DNA of 64,000 bases, from positions 3,596,001 to 3,660,000 of the forward strand of contig JBHGNT010000013.1 of assembly GCA_043228905.1 (NCBI GenBank), given 5' to 3'. A model generated the notes under the pieces. It did no database searches. It was not told the origin of the DNA and worked only from the letters and a program-made list of their open reading frames with translations. This DNA is from Azolla caroliniana. Taxonomy: Eukaryota; Plantae; Polypodiophyta. How positions within the stretch are numbered: position 1 is the first letter of the stretch; the number at the start of each line of letters is the position of its first letter. Below, piece after piece: positions 37,900 through 52,400 of the stretch. Made by a program: the position numbers and the translations under genes.

Positions 37900-38830
37900 G
37901 GCCCCACTTTTAAGATTTGTGATGAGATATAACAGACAACAACCTCAAGGGGGTAATGAGGGAGATGATCCTTGATACCAGCATAGACTTCACTCTACGA
38001 GCGGTACTCGAAATTGCAGAGATGGAATTCAACAAAGTCATAATAGATTTGATGAAAAGAAAGCTCGGCACTCGACTGAGATGGAAGGGGTGAGGGCCAT
38101 GAAGGTGAATGTCATATCAATAGACGGGTTCAAGGCTGAAGAGAACTACATAGATATTCATTATTATATGAGGCCACATTGGGTAAGGGTGACAACGAAG
38201 ACTTTGGTGCGAATCAAGGATGTCAAAGAGCCAATGTTGGTGTTGATCTATCATGGATCCAAGGTCAAGTTAATTTCCATGGACTTCTACTAAAAAGGGA
38301 AATGGCCAATCATCACCAAGCATGGGAGGAAGATAAGGTCGGCTACCTAAGCGACAGAGGAGTTGCATGGTGTTTGTCCAAATGTGAAGGTGAAGGTCGT
38401 GAATGTGGAAATTGACCAACATTTCTTCGTGCAAGAGACATCTCTCACCCCGTCATATTGGAAGACAAATGTGCTAGATAACGGGTCAACATACACGATG
38501 GTAAAGAGGCAAGATGAGAAACGTTTGGTCCAGTTTGTGCAAGAGAAATCCTCTCACCCCGCCATATTGGAAGACAAATGTGCTAGATAACGGGTCAACA
38601 TACACAATGGTAAAGAGGCAAGATGAGAAACGTTTGGTCCAGTTTGTGCAAGAGACATCCTCTCACCTCGTCATATTGGGTAGCTCATATGGAGACAATG
38701 TGGTAGATAATGGGTCAACTGCATGAGGGTAAAGAGCCAAGATGGGAAGAGTTTAGTATAGTTCCTAACAATCAAGCCGAATCATGAGCATAATAAGGAC
38801 TCACTGAAAAGTGAAAGCTAGGAAGATTTT
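37900..38830 (+). pseudogene. Degenerate Gypsy gag/protease remnant with ~110-bp tandem triplication
   Basis: HW.R.TT.TLV...EP...LI(Y)HGS; CPNVKVK..EIDQHFFVQETS; unit repeated across 38428-38760. Confidence 0.7.
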
Positions 38831-38856
38831 TTATGCGGGTTATTAAATCATGGGAC

Positions 38857-39669
38857 CAAGGTTGTTAGGTACGTTAGATACGGTACAGATACCATACGTA
38901 TATAACATATTAATATGCATATAGTACCTCCCAATTTAAAAATACGTTAAATACGTTTTTTAATATGTTAAATACTTATAAAATACGTATTTTACGTATA
39001 ATATGTTAAATACTTCTAGAATTTGAAAATTATTTACCTTTCTAAAAAATCGTTGTAATATTGTAAAAAGCATCTATGTTTACACAATTTTGTGATGTAC
39101 ATTATAGTTCTACATCCTAAAATGCATATAAGACATTTGAACATTTCACATCCTAAAATACTTATAATATGGATGTCGGCATTCACTTATTCTATAAATT
39201 AGTGTAAGTGTGTATCACTATGTTCTATTTCAAATTGTAATTATTTATGATTATGGATTCATAGATTGAGTAATTGTCTACGATTATCACACTTAGGATA
39301 GGTTTCTCTCTTCTTCATCTTCTTCTTCTATCTTCTATGATTATCACAGTCAGAGTCAAGAGAGGTTTTTGTCTTTGTTTCTCTTCTTCTTCTTCTTCTT
39401 CTTCTTTGTTCGTCGTCATCTCTTTTGTTCTTCCTTCTTTTTGCTTCATTTTCACTCAAATCTTTTTTTTCTTTTGCTTTTTGTTGGGGTTTTACTTATA
39501 TTTTTTTATAAATACGTATTATACCTGTTTTTTCAATTGTACGTTAAATACCGTATTGGACAAATGTATATGATATTTGACTGAACAACGTTGAGGTATA
39601 GTGCACACTATACAAATTAAGAGGTACTATACGTATTTAAACGTTAATACAGGTACGTAAACAACCATG
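38857..39669. mobile_element. hAT-type MITE
   Basis: TIR CAAGGTTGTT/AACAACCATG; 8-bp TSD CATGGGAC/CATTGGAC; subterminal TACGT/ATACG motifs. Confidence 0.85.
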
Positions 39670-40030
39670 CATTGGACACAACAACTTGGGGCATATTAAG
39701 TCCCAAGATTTTTTATGATAATTTTTGTGGTCCTAAAGATTGTGTAAACAATTTTTGCTTTCCAAAACTGGGGCTCGTAAATTCTCTAGCGTTGATTGTA
39801 AAGCTTAGGGCAAGGTATCTAAAACAATGTAATATATTGGAAGAAGAAGAAGATATCATAAGCGGTTTTGTTCGATGAAACTCTCAAGAAGATAAGGAGT
39901 ATGGTCATTGTTGAACATTAATGAGGATAGGGTAATTTTAGTTAAGTAAGCTAACATGTATGATGCCATCGAAGAATTTGGGCGAAGGGTTGAGGAAAGG
40001 AAAACGGTCCAACTACATACATAATTTGCA

Positions 40031-40347
40031 GGGATATTGTGATGTAAACATGGCAGGTGACTTATATACCTGCTAGTAGACTTACGTGTATCCAAGTCAC
40101 CTGCCATGTTTGCATCACAATATCCCTCTAAACTTAATGCACCCTTCCCAAAGCATAAACATTTTCTCTGTGTACCTTTAAGATACCTGAAAGCACATTG
40201 GGAGGCTGTCAAGTGTGCTTTCAGGTATCTTAAAGGTACACAGAGAAAATGTTTATGCTTTGGGAAGGGCGCATTAAGTTTGCCGGGATATTGTGATGCA
40301 GACATGGCAAGTGACTTGGATACACATAAGTCTACTAGCGGGTATAT
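40031..40347. repeat. Copia-derived foldback: 134-bp inverted arms with a 16-nt loop, plus a 33-bp extra copy
   Basis: 40064-40197 is the near-perfect reverse complement of 40214-40347; homologous to 41035-41195. Confidence 0.92.
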
Positions 40348-40398
40348 ATTTATAGTTGCAATTTGGAGCACCACGAGGGAGCAACTATTGAGGGATGA

Positions 40399-43300
40399 TG
40401 TTTAGCAAACAAAGAGTAGAGACACAGATTTTTGGGTGTACGCAATCGCCTTGATTGGTACACAAGAAAAAAAAGGGTTATTATATTAGTTAACCCTACA
40501 AAGAAAGCGGTGTTGTGTTCACATTACAAAAGGAGGTGTCCTGTCCAAGTGAACAACGTGTTCATATATACGAATAATTACCTAATCTGTGAATTACAGG
40601 CCTTTACACCTAACAACCTCCCACTTACGGTCCAATGTGAACATTCAAGTAACTCCCACTAACTGTATACAATGCTCATGTTGAGCTTTGCAAGACTTTT
40701 AGTGAGAATATCTGCAGGATTGTCCTGTGTTTTGATCTTGGTCAATGTGACTAGACCATCCTCCAAAACTTGTCTAATAAAGTGATGTCACACATCAATG
40801 TGTTTAGTGCGCGAATGAAACATGGCATTCTTAGCCAGATACACAACACTCTGGCTATCACATCCTAATACAGGAGTACTAATAGACATGCCAAGATCTT
40901 CAACAAGTCTGCTGAGCCATATAGTTTCCTTTGAAGCTTCTGTAGCTGAAATATATTTAGCTTCAGTAGTATTCAATGCTACAATCTTTTGCAATTTGGA
41001 GCACCAAGACACTGCTCCACCAACAACTGTAAATATATACCCGCTAGTAGACTTATGTGTATCCAAGTCACCTGCCATGTCTCCATCAAAATATCCCTAC
41101 AAACTTAATGCACCCTTCCGAAAGAATAAACATTTTTTTTGTGTACCTTTAGGATACTTCAAAACACACTTGACAGCCTCCCAATGTGCTTTGCCGGGAT
41201 TAGACATATAACGACTGACAACTCCCACTGCATAAGCAATATCTAGACAAGTAGCTACCATAGCATACATTAAAGAACCACATGCTGATGCATAAGGAAT
41301 TCCCTTCATAACATTGACTTCCATCTCATCTTTTGGACAATCAACCTTGTTAAGTTTAAGATATGACGACAAAGGAACTCCAAGGGACTTTGCTTCTGCC
41401 ATATTAAATCTGTTAAGCACTTTTTCAATGTACTTTTCTTGTGACAAAAACAACAATTTGTCCTTTCTGTTTCTACCGATTCTCATGCCCAAAATATGCT
41501 TTGCATTTCCCAAATCTTTTGACATAGAGAAGACTGATTTCAGTTGATCTTTTAGAGCATCAAGACTAGTCTTTCTTTTCCCATCTTACAACATATCATC
41601 CGCATATAGAACAAGTATGATGGGACTGACATTGATATCTTTTTCATGTATAAACAATGATCAGCATAGCCACGATCAAAGCCTTGAGAAAGCATAAAAG
41701 TATCAAACTTCTTATACCACTGTCGTGGTGCTTGTTATAGGCCATACAAGCTATGTTTTAGTTTGCATACCAAATGCTCCTTGTTAGGGACTACAAAACC
41801 CTTACGTTGTTTCATGTAGATCTCTTCATCAATATCACCATGCAAAAAAGAGGTATTTACATCCATTTGGTACAACTCCAAATTAAGCATTGCATTGAGA
41901 GCAAATAGCACACGAAGTGTGGTCATCTTCAAAATAGGAGAGAAGACCCCTTGGAAGTCAATACCTTTCGTCTTTGCATAACCCTTGGCAACTAATCTTG
42001 CCTTGTATTTTGGTTTCCCTTCAATTTCTTTACTTTATAAACCCACTTATTCTGAAGAGCTTTCCTTCGTTTAGGTAAGGACACAAGATCTCAAGTATCA
42101 TTTGCATACAAAGATTTTATTTCTTCTTGCATTGCAAGCTCCCACTTACTACTAAGTTCACATGACATTGCCTCCTTATAGGTAAGAGGTTCACCTTCAT
42201 CTGCTAGCATGACATAATGCAAAGAGGGGTCATATCTATATACCTGCCTCCTTAAATGATTAGACCTACGTACCTAATGATCAGTATTTTCTGGGATTGG
42301 TTCTAAATCTGGAGGAAAATCAATTTCAACGCTTTCTGGCTGTTGCAAACCATGTCTACCATGTCGTTCAACATCTATATTTTGTTATTTAGTACCTTCA
42401 TCTCGTTGTCCAACACCTTCATGAGCATCTCTTTGTTGTCCAACTTCTTCTGGCTCAAAGATAACCGGTTGATCATCATATTCAACCTTTCGTATAGCAT
42501 CATGAGGTTTACTTTCAGATTTTGTGGATGGCTGTAATTGCTGAAATGTAACTCTCTTAGAGTTCTCAATAGAGGAACAAGCATTTTTCAACAAATTTTC
42601 TTCATTAAAAACAACATCCCTGCTAGGTACAATTTTTCTAGATGGAGTTAACCAAATCCTATAGACCATTTCACCTTCATCACCATTGCCCATAAAAATG
42701 CCCATGGTGAACTTAGCATCGAGATTGTTTCTCAGCTCGCTTCTAATGTGTACAAAAGCATCACAACTGAAAATTCGTAAATGGTAATATGAGGTTTGTT
42801 TGCCAAACCAAACCTCCTGAGGGATTCCATTCTTTAAGGACTTGTTGGGAGAACGATTACATATATGAACCACAGTTTTTAATGCTTCTCCCTAAAATTC
42901 ATGACGGAGATTAGTTGTGGACAACATGCACCGTACTCGCTCACACAAGGTCCTATTATACATTTCTTCCACCCCATTTTATGAAGGGTTATATGGAGCT
43001 GTAAGCTCTCTTTTAATACCATGTATGCCAGAAAAGGACTTAAATTCTGCAGATGTAAACTCACCCCCATTATCTGTTCTAAGACATTTCAATGCATGAA
43101 AAGATTTAAATGCAACACCTTTTTTTCCATCAAGTACACCCAAATCTTCCTAGAATAATCATTGATAAAGGAAAGAAAATATGCAGCACTGCCCAAAGAT
43201 TTTATAGGCCTGCATGCTACATACATTAGAATGCCCCAAATCTAGCACATTTGGTTTACAAGAGACATGAGAATAATAAGAATTTCTCACATGTTTGCCA

Positions 43301-43465
43301 AATAGAAAATCATTACAAAAAACCAGCTTTGATCCTTTAACATCAAGTCTTTTTAGAGCAAAAAGGACTTCAAGTCCTTTTTGGCTCATATGTCCTAATC
43401 TCTTATGCCAAAGCTCTAAACGAGAATCAAATTCAGCACTAGCAAGAAACTTTCCAAGTACAAAG
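40399..43465 (-). mobile_element. Element G: degenerate Ty1/Copia (INT-RT-RH and 3' LTR), cut by E
   Basis: 3' LTR 40399-40615; PPT AAGTGGGAGGT; FHSRTKHIDV, QMDVNTSFLHG and LWHKRLGHMS motifs. Confidence 0.88.
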
Positions 43466-43773
43466 TGTCATGATATGGCAAGACTCGAACCCATGACCTT
43501 ATGTTACATGGGTCAAGATCTTGACCATTAGACTATATGTTGTAATACAAAAAATATTATTTTCATCTAGGTTTTACTATAGAAAATTGATGTATATTCC
43601 AGATTTCTCTGGAACATTCTAGAAACTTCCGGAGTACTCCTGAGAACACTATAAAAGGAGGCACAAGGCATTATTTCGAACCAAATCAGTTCAACGCTAG
43701 TCTTAAGCCTCCTAGATACTATTGTATATTCCCTTAACATAATATATATCTTTTGTTATCCTGACTCACTCAC

Positions 43774-43815
<42 letters not shown>

Positions 43816-46800
43816 TCTCTCGAGAGTTCTACACCTCCCTTCGTACTAATCCTCATCTTTTAGTACTAATTCCTTCTCTGTTTTAGTACTGTTCCTGTCA
43901 GTACTTCTTTGTCTTAGTACTGCTTCCTTCTCTTCCTTTATCTTCTTACTTCTCCCTCCCTTCATACTAATCTCTTATTCCTCTTTTCTCTCATACTATG
44001 GACACTGTTAGCGCTCAAGAATATCAATCCGTTTTCTCAGAGCTGCAATGCTTGAAAGAGAAGTTCCTTGCTTTGGAACAAGAAAATCAACGGTTGTTGG
44101 GGGATCTTCAACAAATCTCCTTAGAAAAGCAACAGACGCAACAACATGGGGAACTAATGGTACGCGTGCAACAACTCGAGGCAACCTTAGTAGTGATGCA
44201 ACAACAAGGACCCAGTACGCAAGGGATTCATAAAGAACCCAAGATCGGCCTTCCCATGAAATTCGATGGAACATGATCGTAGTTGAGAGGATTCCTTAAT
44301 CAGGTACGATTAGTCATTCAGATACATCCTTCTCGATATCCCACCGATGCATCACGAGTGGGACTAGTAGGCACTCTACTTAGTGGCACGGCTTTGGCAT
44401 GGTTTGTCCCCCTGTTAGAAAAAAACTCTCCCTTGTTAAATAATTTCGAAGAGTTTATTACCGAGTTTAAAGCCTGTTTTGGAGATACCGACAGTGTTAG
44501 AACAACAATCAACAAAATCTGAAGATTGCGCCAAGGTGAGCGGCTGGCCTCAGCTTATGCTGCGGATTTTTGTCTTCTCGCCACCGATATTCCCTAGGAT
44601 GACGGAAATGACAATATTGTTCCTTAATCAGGTACGACAAAGTCATTGACAAACGCAATCAGTCGTGCGGTGCGATGAGATAATCGCGTCTTCAAACGAC
44701 GTTCGTAACGTCAGTTCCAAATGCCATGGACAAGATCGGAGCCACCGTACGCTTCAATCGTAGCAAAGCCTTTCCCAAGTGAGTCATTCAATACGTCTCC
44801 AACAAATACTCAGACTCCAATGGAAATCGACACCACACGTCGCCGCGGACCACTATCGTAAGAAGAAAAGCTGTGACGCAGGGCAAATCGATTATGTCTT
44901 TATTGCGGTGGACTGGGGCATATTGAAGTGAATTGCCCCCATCTGCTGAAAAGGCAGGTAAATCAAATAACCGCTAGTACTAATAGTACTAAACCCGAGT
45001 CTATTCCTCTAGGTGTGTCTGATAGTCCTAATAGCCCAAGCCTTTCAAACAAATTTGAAATCCTTAGTCAACTAGAAGAAGAGTTAAACGATTAAGTCCA
45101 ACCAAAATAGGAGTCGTTTGGTTGGACAACCCTAGATCTGTGCAGCCCATTAGTGGTTCCATTTTCTCTAAGCAAGTTAGCAATGTGTTCTTAGCTCAAG
45201 TAATGGTTAGTACTAAATGTACTCCTCCAGTACATGTCTTAGCACTCTTACATTCCGGAGCCAACTCTTGTTTCATGGATAAGAATTTTGCCCAAGCTCA
45301 TCAGATATCCCTAAAGAAACTCCCATGTCCAGCCTCTGCAGTAGCCATTGATGGTCGTCCCATTGCTTCCGAGAATATTATAGAAGAGTCAGAACCCGTT
45401 AATATTGTCCTAGATAACTTAGCATGTGTAGTATCATTTAATATAATTAGTATCCCAGAACATCCCATTGTTTTGGGATTACCATGGTTCGAATTACATA
45501 ACCCAACCATAGATTGGAGAACAAGAGAAATACGGTGTCGACAAACCCGAGGATCTACTCATAAGATTGCAACCATTTCGCTACATCAGTTGTGGGAGGA
45601 AGGACACAAGGAAGAAATGTTTCTCTTCGCAATATCAGTAAACCCCTCCAGTATCAATAAAGAGGAGTCCACCGTTCAACTTCTAGAGAAGTATCGTCAT
45701 TATGCCGATGTGTTCGATAAAGTATGAGCTAATACGCTTCCTTACCATCGACCGTATGATTGCCCCATCGATTTACAACCAGGAAAAGAGCCACCATGGG
45801 GACCGATCTACAATTTGTCACCAACCGAGCTAGAAGTCCTTCGAGCCTATATAGAGGAGAGTTTGGCAAATGGTTTCATTCGACATTCAAAATCTCCAGC
45901 CGGTGCACCCATTTTCTTCGTCAAGAAAAAGGATGGATCACTTCATCTTGTTGTAGATTACCATGGGTTGGATAAAGTCACCTTTAGGAATAGGTATGCA
46001 CTTCCTCTTATCTCAAGTCTTTTAGAATGAAACAATGGGGCAAGGTTCTTCACAAAGATCGACTTACGAGGAGCGTATAACCTCATACGAATCTGACCAG
46101 GAGATGAATGGAAGACTGCGTTTCGCACCAGATATGGGCACTTTGAGTATACTGTCATGCCATTCGGCCTCACTAATGCACCAATAGTCTTCCAGCACAT
46201 GGGAAATGATATATTCCGAGATCTCTTGGATAATTTTTTAATCATCTATTTGGATGATCTACTGGTTTATTCGAAGACCCAAGAAGAGCATGATTCTCAT
46301 GTACTATTAGTACTAAAACGACTTTAAGAACATGGTCTTTATGCAAAACTGGAAAAATGTAGTTTCGGGTGCAACTAGGTAAAATTTTTGGGCTATGTCA
46401 TTTCCTCGGAAATCATCTCCATGGATCCAGCTAAGGTCAAAACGGTGGTAGACTGGCAGACTCCGCATTCGTTGCGAGATGTGCAATGCTTTTTAGGCTT
46501 TGCCAATTTTTACCTAAAGTTCATACAGGATTACTCAAAGCTTGTTCTGCCTCTCACACAACTTACCAAGAAGGGAAAATCGTTCGTTTGGTTTGAAGAA
46601 GTGCACATTACTTTTGAGATTCTTAAGAAGACATTTACATCAGCTCCTATTTTAGCTCATGTTGATCCAGAAAAACCATTCATCATTGAAGTAGACGCGT
46701 CAGATTTCGCCTTGGGTAGCATTCTGTCTCAACAAGGCGATGATCAAAAGTTACATCGTGTGGCTTTCCATTCACGCAAGTTTGATGCCGCGGAAATCGA

Positions 46801-47977
46801 CTATGAAATTCATGATAAGGAGCTATTACCAATAGTGGACTCCTTTACGCAATGGAGGCATTTTCCAAAGGGGTCTTCTCATCAAGTCATCGTATTTAGT
46901 GATCACAAAAACCTTGCCTACTTTCAGAATGCTCGTGTGTTAAATCGACGTCAAGGTCGGTGGGCCCAATTCCTCACTCGTTTCGACTTCAAAATTACAT
47001 ATCGTCCAGGGAAGCAACAAGGGAAGGCAGATGCATTATCACGACTTTTGTATCTAGCACCGCACCCCTAGTGAGCCGGCTTTCGATAACCAAAAGCAAG
47101 TAATCTTGGAACCAACACAACTGCAAGCAACGCAGGTTTTCGGTATGCCCTTGGATTCCCACGTTATGGATACCATACGTGAGGACTTGAAGACAGATGT
47201 TTTCGCTCAAGCCATTCTAGCACAAATTAATCCCTCTCGAGCATCTTGTTCACAGTCGTAACAACCAGGTACGGACTATTGGCAATTCAAAGCAAGCCAT
47301 GCCAATCTATTGCCCTAGATTTCATCACAGATCTTCCGGTCTCTAAGGGATTCGATGCGATCTTAATAGTAGTAGATCGATATACGAAGATGACCCATTT
47401 CCTGCCATGTACTAAGGAAATCTCCAATGAAGAAACCGCTGAAATTGTCATGCGTGAAGTATCATCAGCGACCGTGGACCCTAGTTCGTCTCGAAGTCCA
47501 GGAAGCACCTCTTTAAAATGCTTAAGGTCACTTGTAGCCTCTCCTCCGGCTACCACCCACAAATAGACGGCCAAGCAGAACAAACAAATCAAACGCTGGA
47601 GCAGTATCTTCGGTGCTTTTTAACCTATCATCAAGATGACTAGGTGGATATTCTCCACTTTGCCGAATTTGAGTATAATAACGTTGTCCACTCATCGACA
47701 AAGGTGACACCATTTTTTGCTTACACGGGCTATCACCCCCGGTGGTGTGTATTTGAAACCCCAGAGTTTACCTACAAATCCTTGTGTAGAGGATTGTTTG
47801 GAGCAGCTATGTAAGGTACAAGCGGATTTATCTACTCATCTACAACAAGCTCAACAAACACACAAGGTTTACGTGGATTTTCATCGGCTTCCATCCAGTT
47901 TTGACATTCGAGATCGGGTGTGGCTACTACGACGACACATCAAGACTACTCGCCCATGCGAGAAGTTGGATTACCGG
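43466..47977 (+). mobile_element. Element E: Tcn1-like chromovirus (C family), cut by T in the integrase
   Basis: 5' LTR 43466-43900 homologous to the C LTRs; gag from 43998; PR, RT, RH and INT with many stops. Confidence 0.92.
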
Positions 47978-49471
47978 TGTCGTGGTGTGGCGTGTGTAGT
48001 GTGAGAAAAAGCGAAGCTTCACGCACATCTCATAAAGTATTATATGAATGAAAATATAATAAGAATAAAGTTGTAGTAGCTTAGTGGTTAGGGCTTATAA
48101 GTATACATGGGGAGGTGTAGAGTTCGAGTCTCTCCTGTGATGAATTAAGAAGTATTTTGCTCCTATTCCATTTTTGTGGTAAAGGAAAAAAAAAGCATGT
48201 AATGTTAAAATAGGCGCATCTTTCCTCTATAAGAGGGGAGGAATACGGCTTATTCTGGGGTCGCCCATTTTGCTTTAGGGGTGTACCACTAGGTTTTCAT
48301 CTTCTTCTTGGGTTAGGGTTTTGTAGTCTCCCTTTCTCCTCCTTTTTTTCTAGGGTTAGGGTTTGAGAGGTTCTACTTTTCTTCTTTTCTCCTTAACATA
48401 TTAGAGGACATATGATTTTAGGGTTTGTGAGTTTTGCTCCTATTCTACTTCTTACTCAAGATTTTAGGGTTTGGATTTCTTAAACCATGGCTTTTTCGGC
48501 ATCTTCGTGGTGGTGAACTCAGTGGACAAAAAGCGGAAGGGGGTTGTAGTGGCACGAGGGCTACTTCGAATCGAGGCAACATAGCCGTCGGAAGGAGTCG
48601 AGCTCGGAGCCCACTAGACTCGCCTTCGCTAGATTATTTTAGCCTTTGATTACTTCATAATTGATTGTTGTAAAAACCACCTAATTCGTGGTGTCAAGCC
48701 TATAAATTCTAAAGAATACAAAAACCCCTTTTAATTCATAGTTGTTTTTCTTAATCATGAAACTAATTCTATGTTAGAAAGAAAACCACCAAAATCGTGG
48801 TATTAAACTAATTATTGTTTAAACCGTATTTTATATACAAATTTATGTATATGTTCCCCATGTCATTGACATCATAAGCTCCCACTTCCTCACTAGTTTT
48901 GTCTCCCCAGTCCAAGGCCCTGGTGGTCCCGTTCGAACAACACACGCAAGCGAAACATAGCGACATTGGTGAAATGACGTAAAAGAGCGGTAGGGGAGGA
49001 CAAAGACAGACGAAGAAGATTTCATGGAGATGATGTTGAAGACGATGGTGGATTCACGCGGGCAAGGCGCAATGAAGGAAAAGAAAAGAAAAGTTGACAA
49101 CCTTTTGCCCCACCACATCACTTTTTTTGGCACATGCTGGAGGATGTGCCGTTTGGTGGGGATGGATGTCGTGGTGTGGCGTGTGTAGTGTGACAAAAAG
49201 TGAAGCTTCACGCACATCTCATAAAGTAATATATGAATGAAAATATAATAATAAGAATAAAGTTGTAGTAGCTTAGTGGTTAGGGCTTATAAGTATACAT
49301 GAGGAGGTGTAGAATTCGAGTCTCTCTTGTGATGAATTGAGTATTTTCTTCCCGTTTCATTTTTGTGGTAAAGGAAAAAAAAAGCATGTAATGTTAAAAT
49401 AGGCGCCTCTTTCCTTTATAAGAGGGGAGGAATAAGGGTTATTATGGGGTCACCCATTTTTCCTTAGGGAT
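47978..49471 (+). mobile_element. Element T: non-autonomous LTR element (988-bp LTR, ~200-bp internal region); second LTR cut by F
   Basis: LTR 47978-48965 (TGTCG..CGACA); degenerate Trp PBS at 48967; PPT ending 49166; LTR repeat from 49167. Confidence 0.85.
48071..48140 (+). promoter_or_regulatory. tRNA-derived Pol III A/B-box module in LTR T
   Basis: TAGCTTAGTGGTTAGGGC and AGAG-TTCGAGT-CTCT. Confidence 0.7.
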
Positions 49472-52400
49472 TGTTGAGCGAGGAAGCTCAACCGGATCCG
49501 GGTCGGCATCCAGAAGGATGAGCCGGATCGGTATCTGGAAACAACCGGTCGGATCGGGGAGATGGATTCGAGCGGGAACTGAAGGCCTAGTAGTAGCCTA
49601 GACTACTCGGTAATCATTGTCTCGTAGTTAGTGTCAGTCACCTATAGGAATATTGAATTACCTGTCAGTACTTCTGTTAGTCCTTTATGGACTTGTATAA
49701 ATAGTGTTGTTTAGCACGTTGTATGTACAGAGTTGTAGAGTTATTTTTTCAATCAACGTTTACGTTCTAGTCTCTCTATCTCTCATGTGTATACTCTCTG
49801 TGTGTATTAATCTTCTCCATTAAACCTTTTATTCTCTGTTGCTATCCGGCTGAGCCAGTTTTGTCTAATGCTTCTGCACGTTTACATTCACATGGTATCA
49901 GAGTGCGAGGGTTGAGAAACTCTACAGCCAACACTTGCTTCCGTAGACGAACCTAGAACGTGGTAACAATAGATAGAGAGAAGATATGGACAGAGGAATG
50001 GCGAGTTCACTTCTAATAGAGAAGCTCTACTGGAGCATCTACGCATCCTGGTCATACAAGATGCACCAGTACCTGCTAGGGCATGGATATTGGAGCTTCG
50101 TGGAAGGAACGAACGAGGTAGTGCCGAAGCCAACACACAATGACTTCCCGGTATGGGCGCAAGGAGCGAGCCGAGTATTGTGTTGCCTTGCGTCCTGTGT
50201 GCATGATCAGATGCTCGGCTACATCAAGGATGCAAAGACGCTGAAGGAGGCCTGGGGAAATCTGAGGAAGACTTTCGCCACGAGTACCATAACCTATATG
50301 TTGCAGCTCCGGCAAGAGTTGAAAACATTCAACAAAGAGACATGTTGGTTATGGATTACACCACCAAGATAAAGGAGATTTGCGACGCACTCGGGTCCAT
50401 CAACATGATAGTGGACGAAGACGAGATGGTACAAATCTTCCTCGGTGGTCTAGTGCAAAGGTACGGGCCAATCCGAACAATGATCTACACCCGAGAGAAA
50501 CTACCGTCTTTCTTCGACTTGCAATCGATGCTGATGGTCGAAGAAAACCACGCGAGTGGTTCAAGGACCACTCTATCGGACAACCGAATGTTGTACACGG
50601 AGACAGATCGGCCACATGGACGTGGTGGGTCAGCACGCAATGGAGGTGGCTGGCAAGAGTAGGACCGGAGGCACATAGCCAACAACAGTTCCAGACCCTC
50701 CAGAAGCAGGGCGAGTCAAAGTGGAGCCGGAAACCGGCAAGGAAAGGCCGACACAGAATGCTGGTACTGTGGCAAAAAGGGCCATAGGGAAAGCGAGTGT
50801 TGGAAGAAGTGCGCCGATTCGGACAAATCCGGATCCGGAAATACCGGTCGGGATAACTAGCAGAGCTCGCACTATGCGGAAGGATCGGAAGGATCTGGAA
50901 CCCGGAAAACCGGTTAAGGGCCAACCTTCGTGATGAAGGACAAGGCTAACTCGATGAAGAAGACTACTTCCAAATTGATTCCAGAGCGTCCAACCACATG
51001 ACGAGCCATAAAGAGTGGTTCTCTTTTTCGAAGACAACCGGGGATTGTCGAACTGGAGACGACACCCCTCACCCGATTGTGCATGTCGGAGAAGTCCCTT
51101 TAAGCCAGGTCAGACAAAAGGGGAAGTTGATAAACGTACTACAAGTTCCGACTATCACAAAGAACTTGGTGTCAGTTGGACAAATCGTTGACCAGGGGAT
51201 GTAGGTGTGGTTTACGCACCTAGGGTGCTTCATCGAGGAAGAAGGCCGGATAATTGCGCAAGGGCACAGAGAAGGGAAAATGTTCATCCTCAACACCAAT
51301 GACGTTGGCACCGCCATGTTTGCCAAAGGGCAGAAGGTCAAGTCGGACATCGACATGTGGCACAAGCGGATCTGCGACGTAAACTATCGGAGGCTTCCGG
51401 ACCTCCAATCGAAACTATCTTCGGTTTGCCAAAATTTAGCAGTCGGAAGGCCAAATTTTGTGAAGCCTGCCAACTTGGGAAGCAACACCGGCTTGCATTC
51501 TCCACCGAACGAAACTGGAGCCATAACAAGCTCGATTTAATCCATTCGGATGTATGGGGACCGACACAAAACGTTAGTCTTGGCAGGAGTCGGTATTTCT
51601 TCTCCTTCATCGACGACTACAACCGGCACACGTGGATCTACCTCATCGAGAGGAAGAGTGAAGTCTTCCAGTGTTCTCGGAACCTTCAAAGCTTGGTTGA
51701 ATGGGAAACAGAGAGGAAGATCAAGTGCCTGAGGTCGGATGGCGGGAAAGAATACTTTTCCGGCCAATTCAACAATTATTTGCAGTAGAACATAATTCGG
51801 AGAAAATTTAGCTGCAGGTACACACCGGAGAAAAACGGTGTGGCCGAAAGGAAGAACCGGTCGAATGCGACATGGCAAGGGCAATGCTGGAGGAAAAGAG
51901 CATGCCCCATTTCTACTGGGCTGAGGCGGTCCGGACGGCCGTCTACATCCAAAACCGGATCGGAGATAAGGCGTCATCACATGAGCTGTATTTCGGGCGG
52001 AAGCCGAATTTGAGACACCTTCGGATATTCGATAGCATAGCATATGTGCATGTACCGGATGAGAAACGAAAGAAGCTAGATCCGAAGTCGGAGAAGTGCA
52101 TCCTAGTCGGCTACTCGCACGGGCAGAAGGGGTATAAGTGCTATAACCCTCAAACTAAGCAGGTCCGAGGAAGCCGAGATGTCGAGTTTGATGAGACGGC
52201 ATAATGGTACTCCTTACCGACTCCGAAAGATGAGGCTAGTGAGCCCGAGGAGGTCTAGATAGAAGATGATGAGTTGGAGACTATAGAAGAGAGTCCGGAA
52301 TCGTTTCGGTTGAGCAGACCGAACGAGCAACTGGGTCAAAGTGACCAGTCGGATGAGGAACCGGCGAGTAGTGGAGACTCTACCATGCTCTCCCCGTGGA

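Noticed and set aside
39274-39584. Membrane-protein-like ORFs
   Set aside because: T-rich low-complexity interior of a MITE.
39856-40405. Mirror-image protein ORFs
   Set aside because: An artefact of the DNA palindrome.
48689-48700. TGGTGTCAAGCC as the Met PBS of T
   Set aside because: It is not preceded by a CA LTR end; the boundary at 48965 with a Trp PBS fits better.
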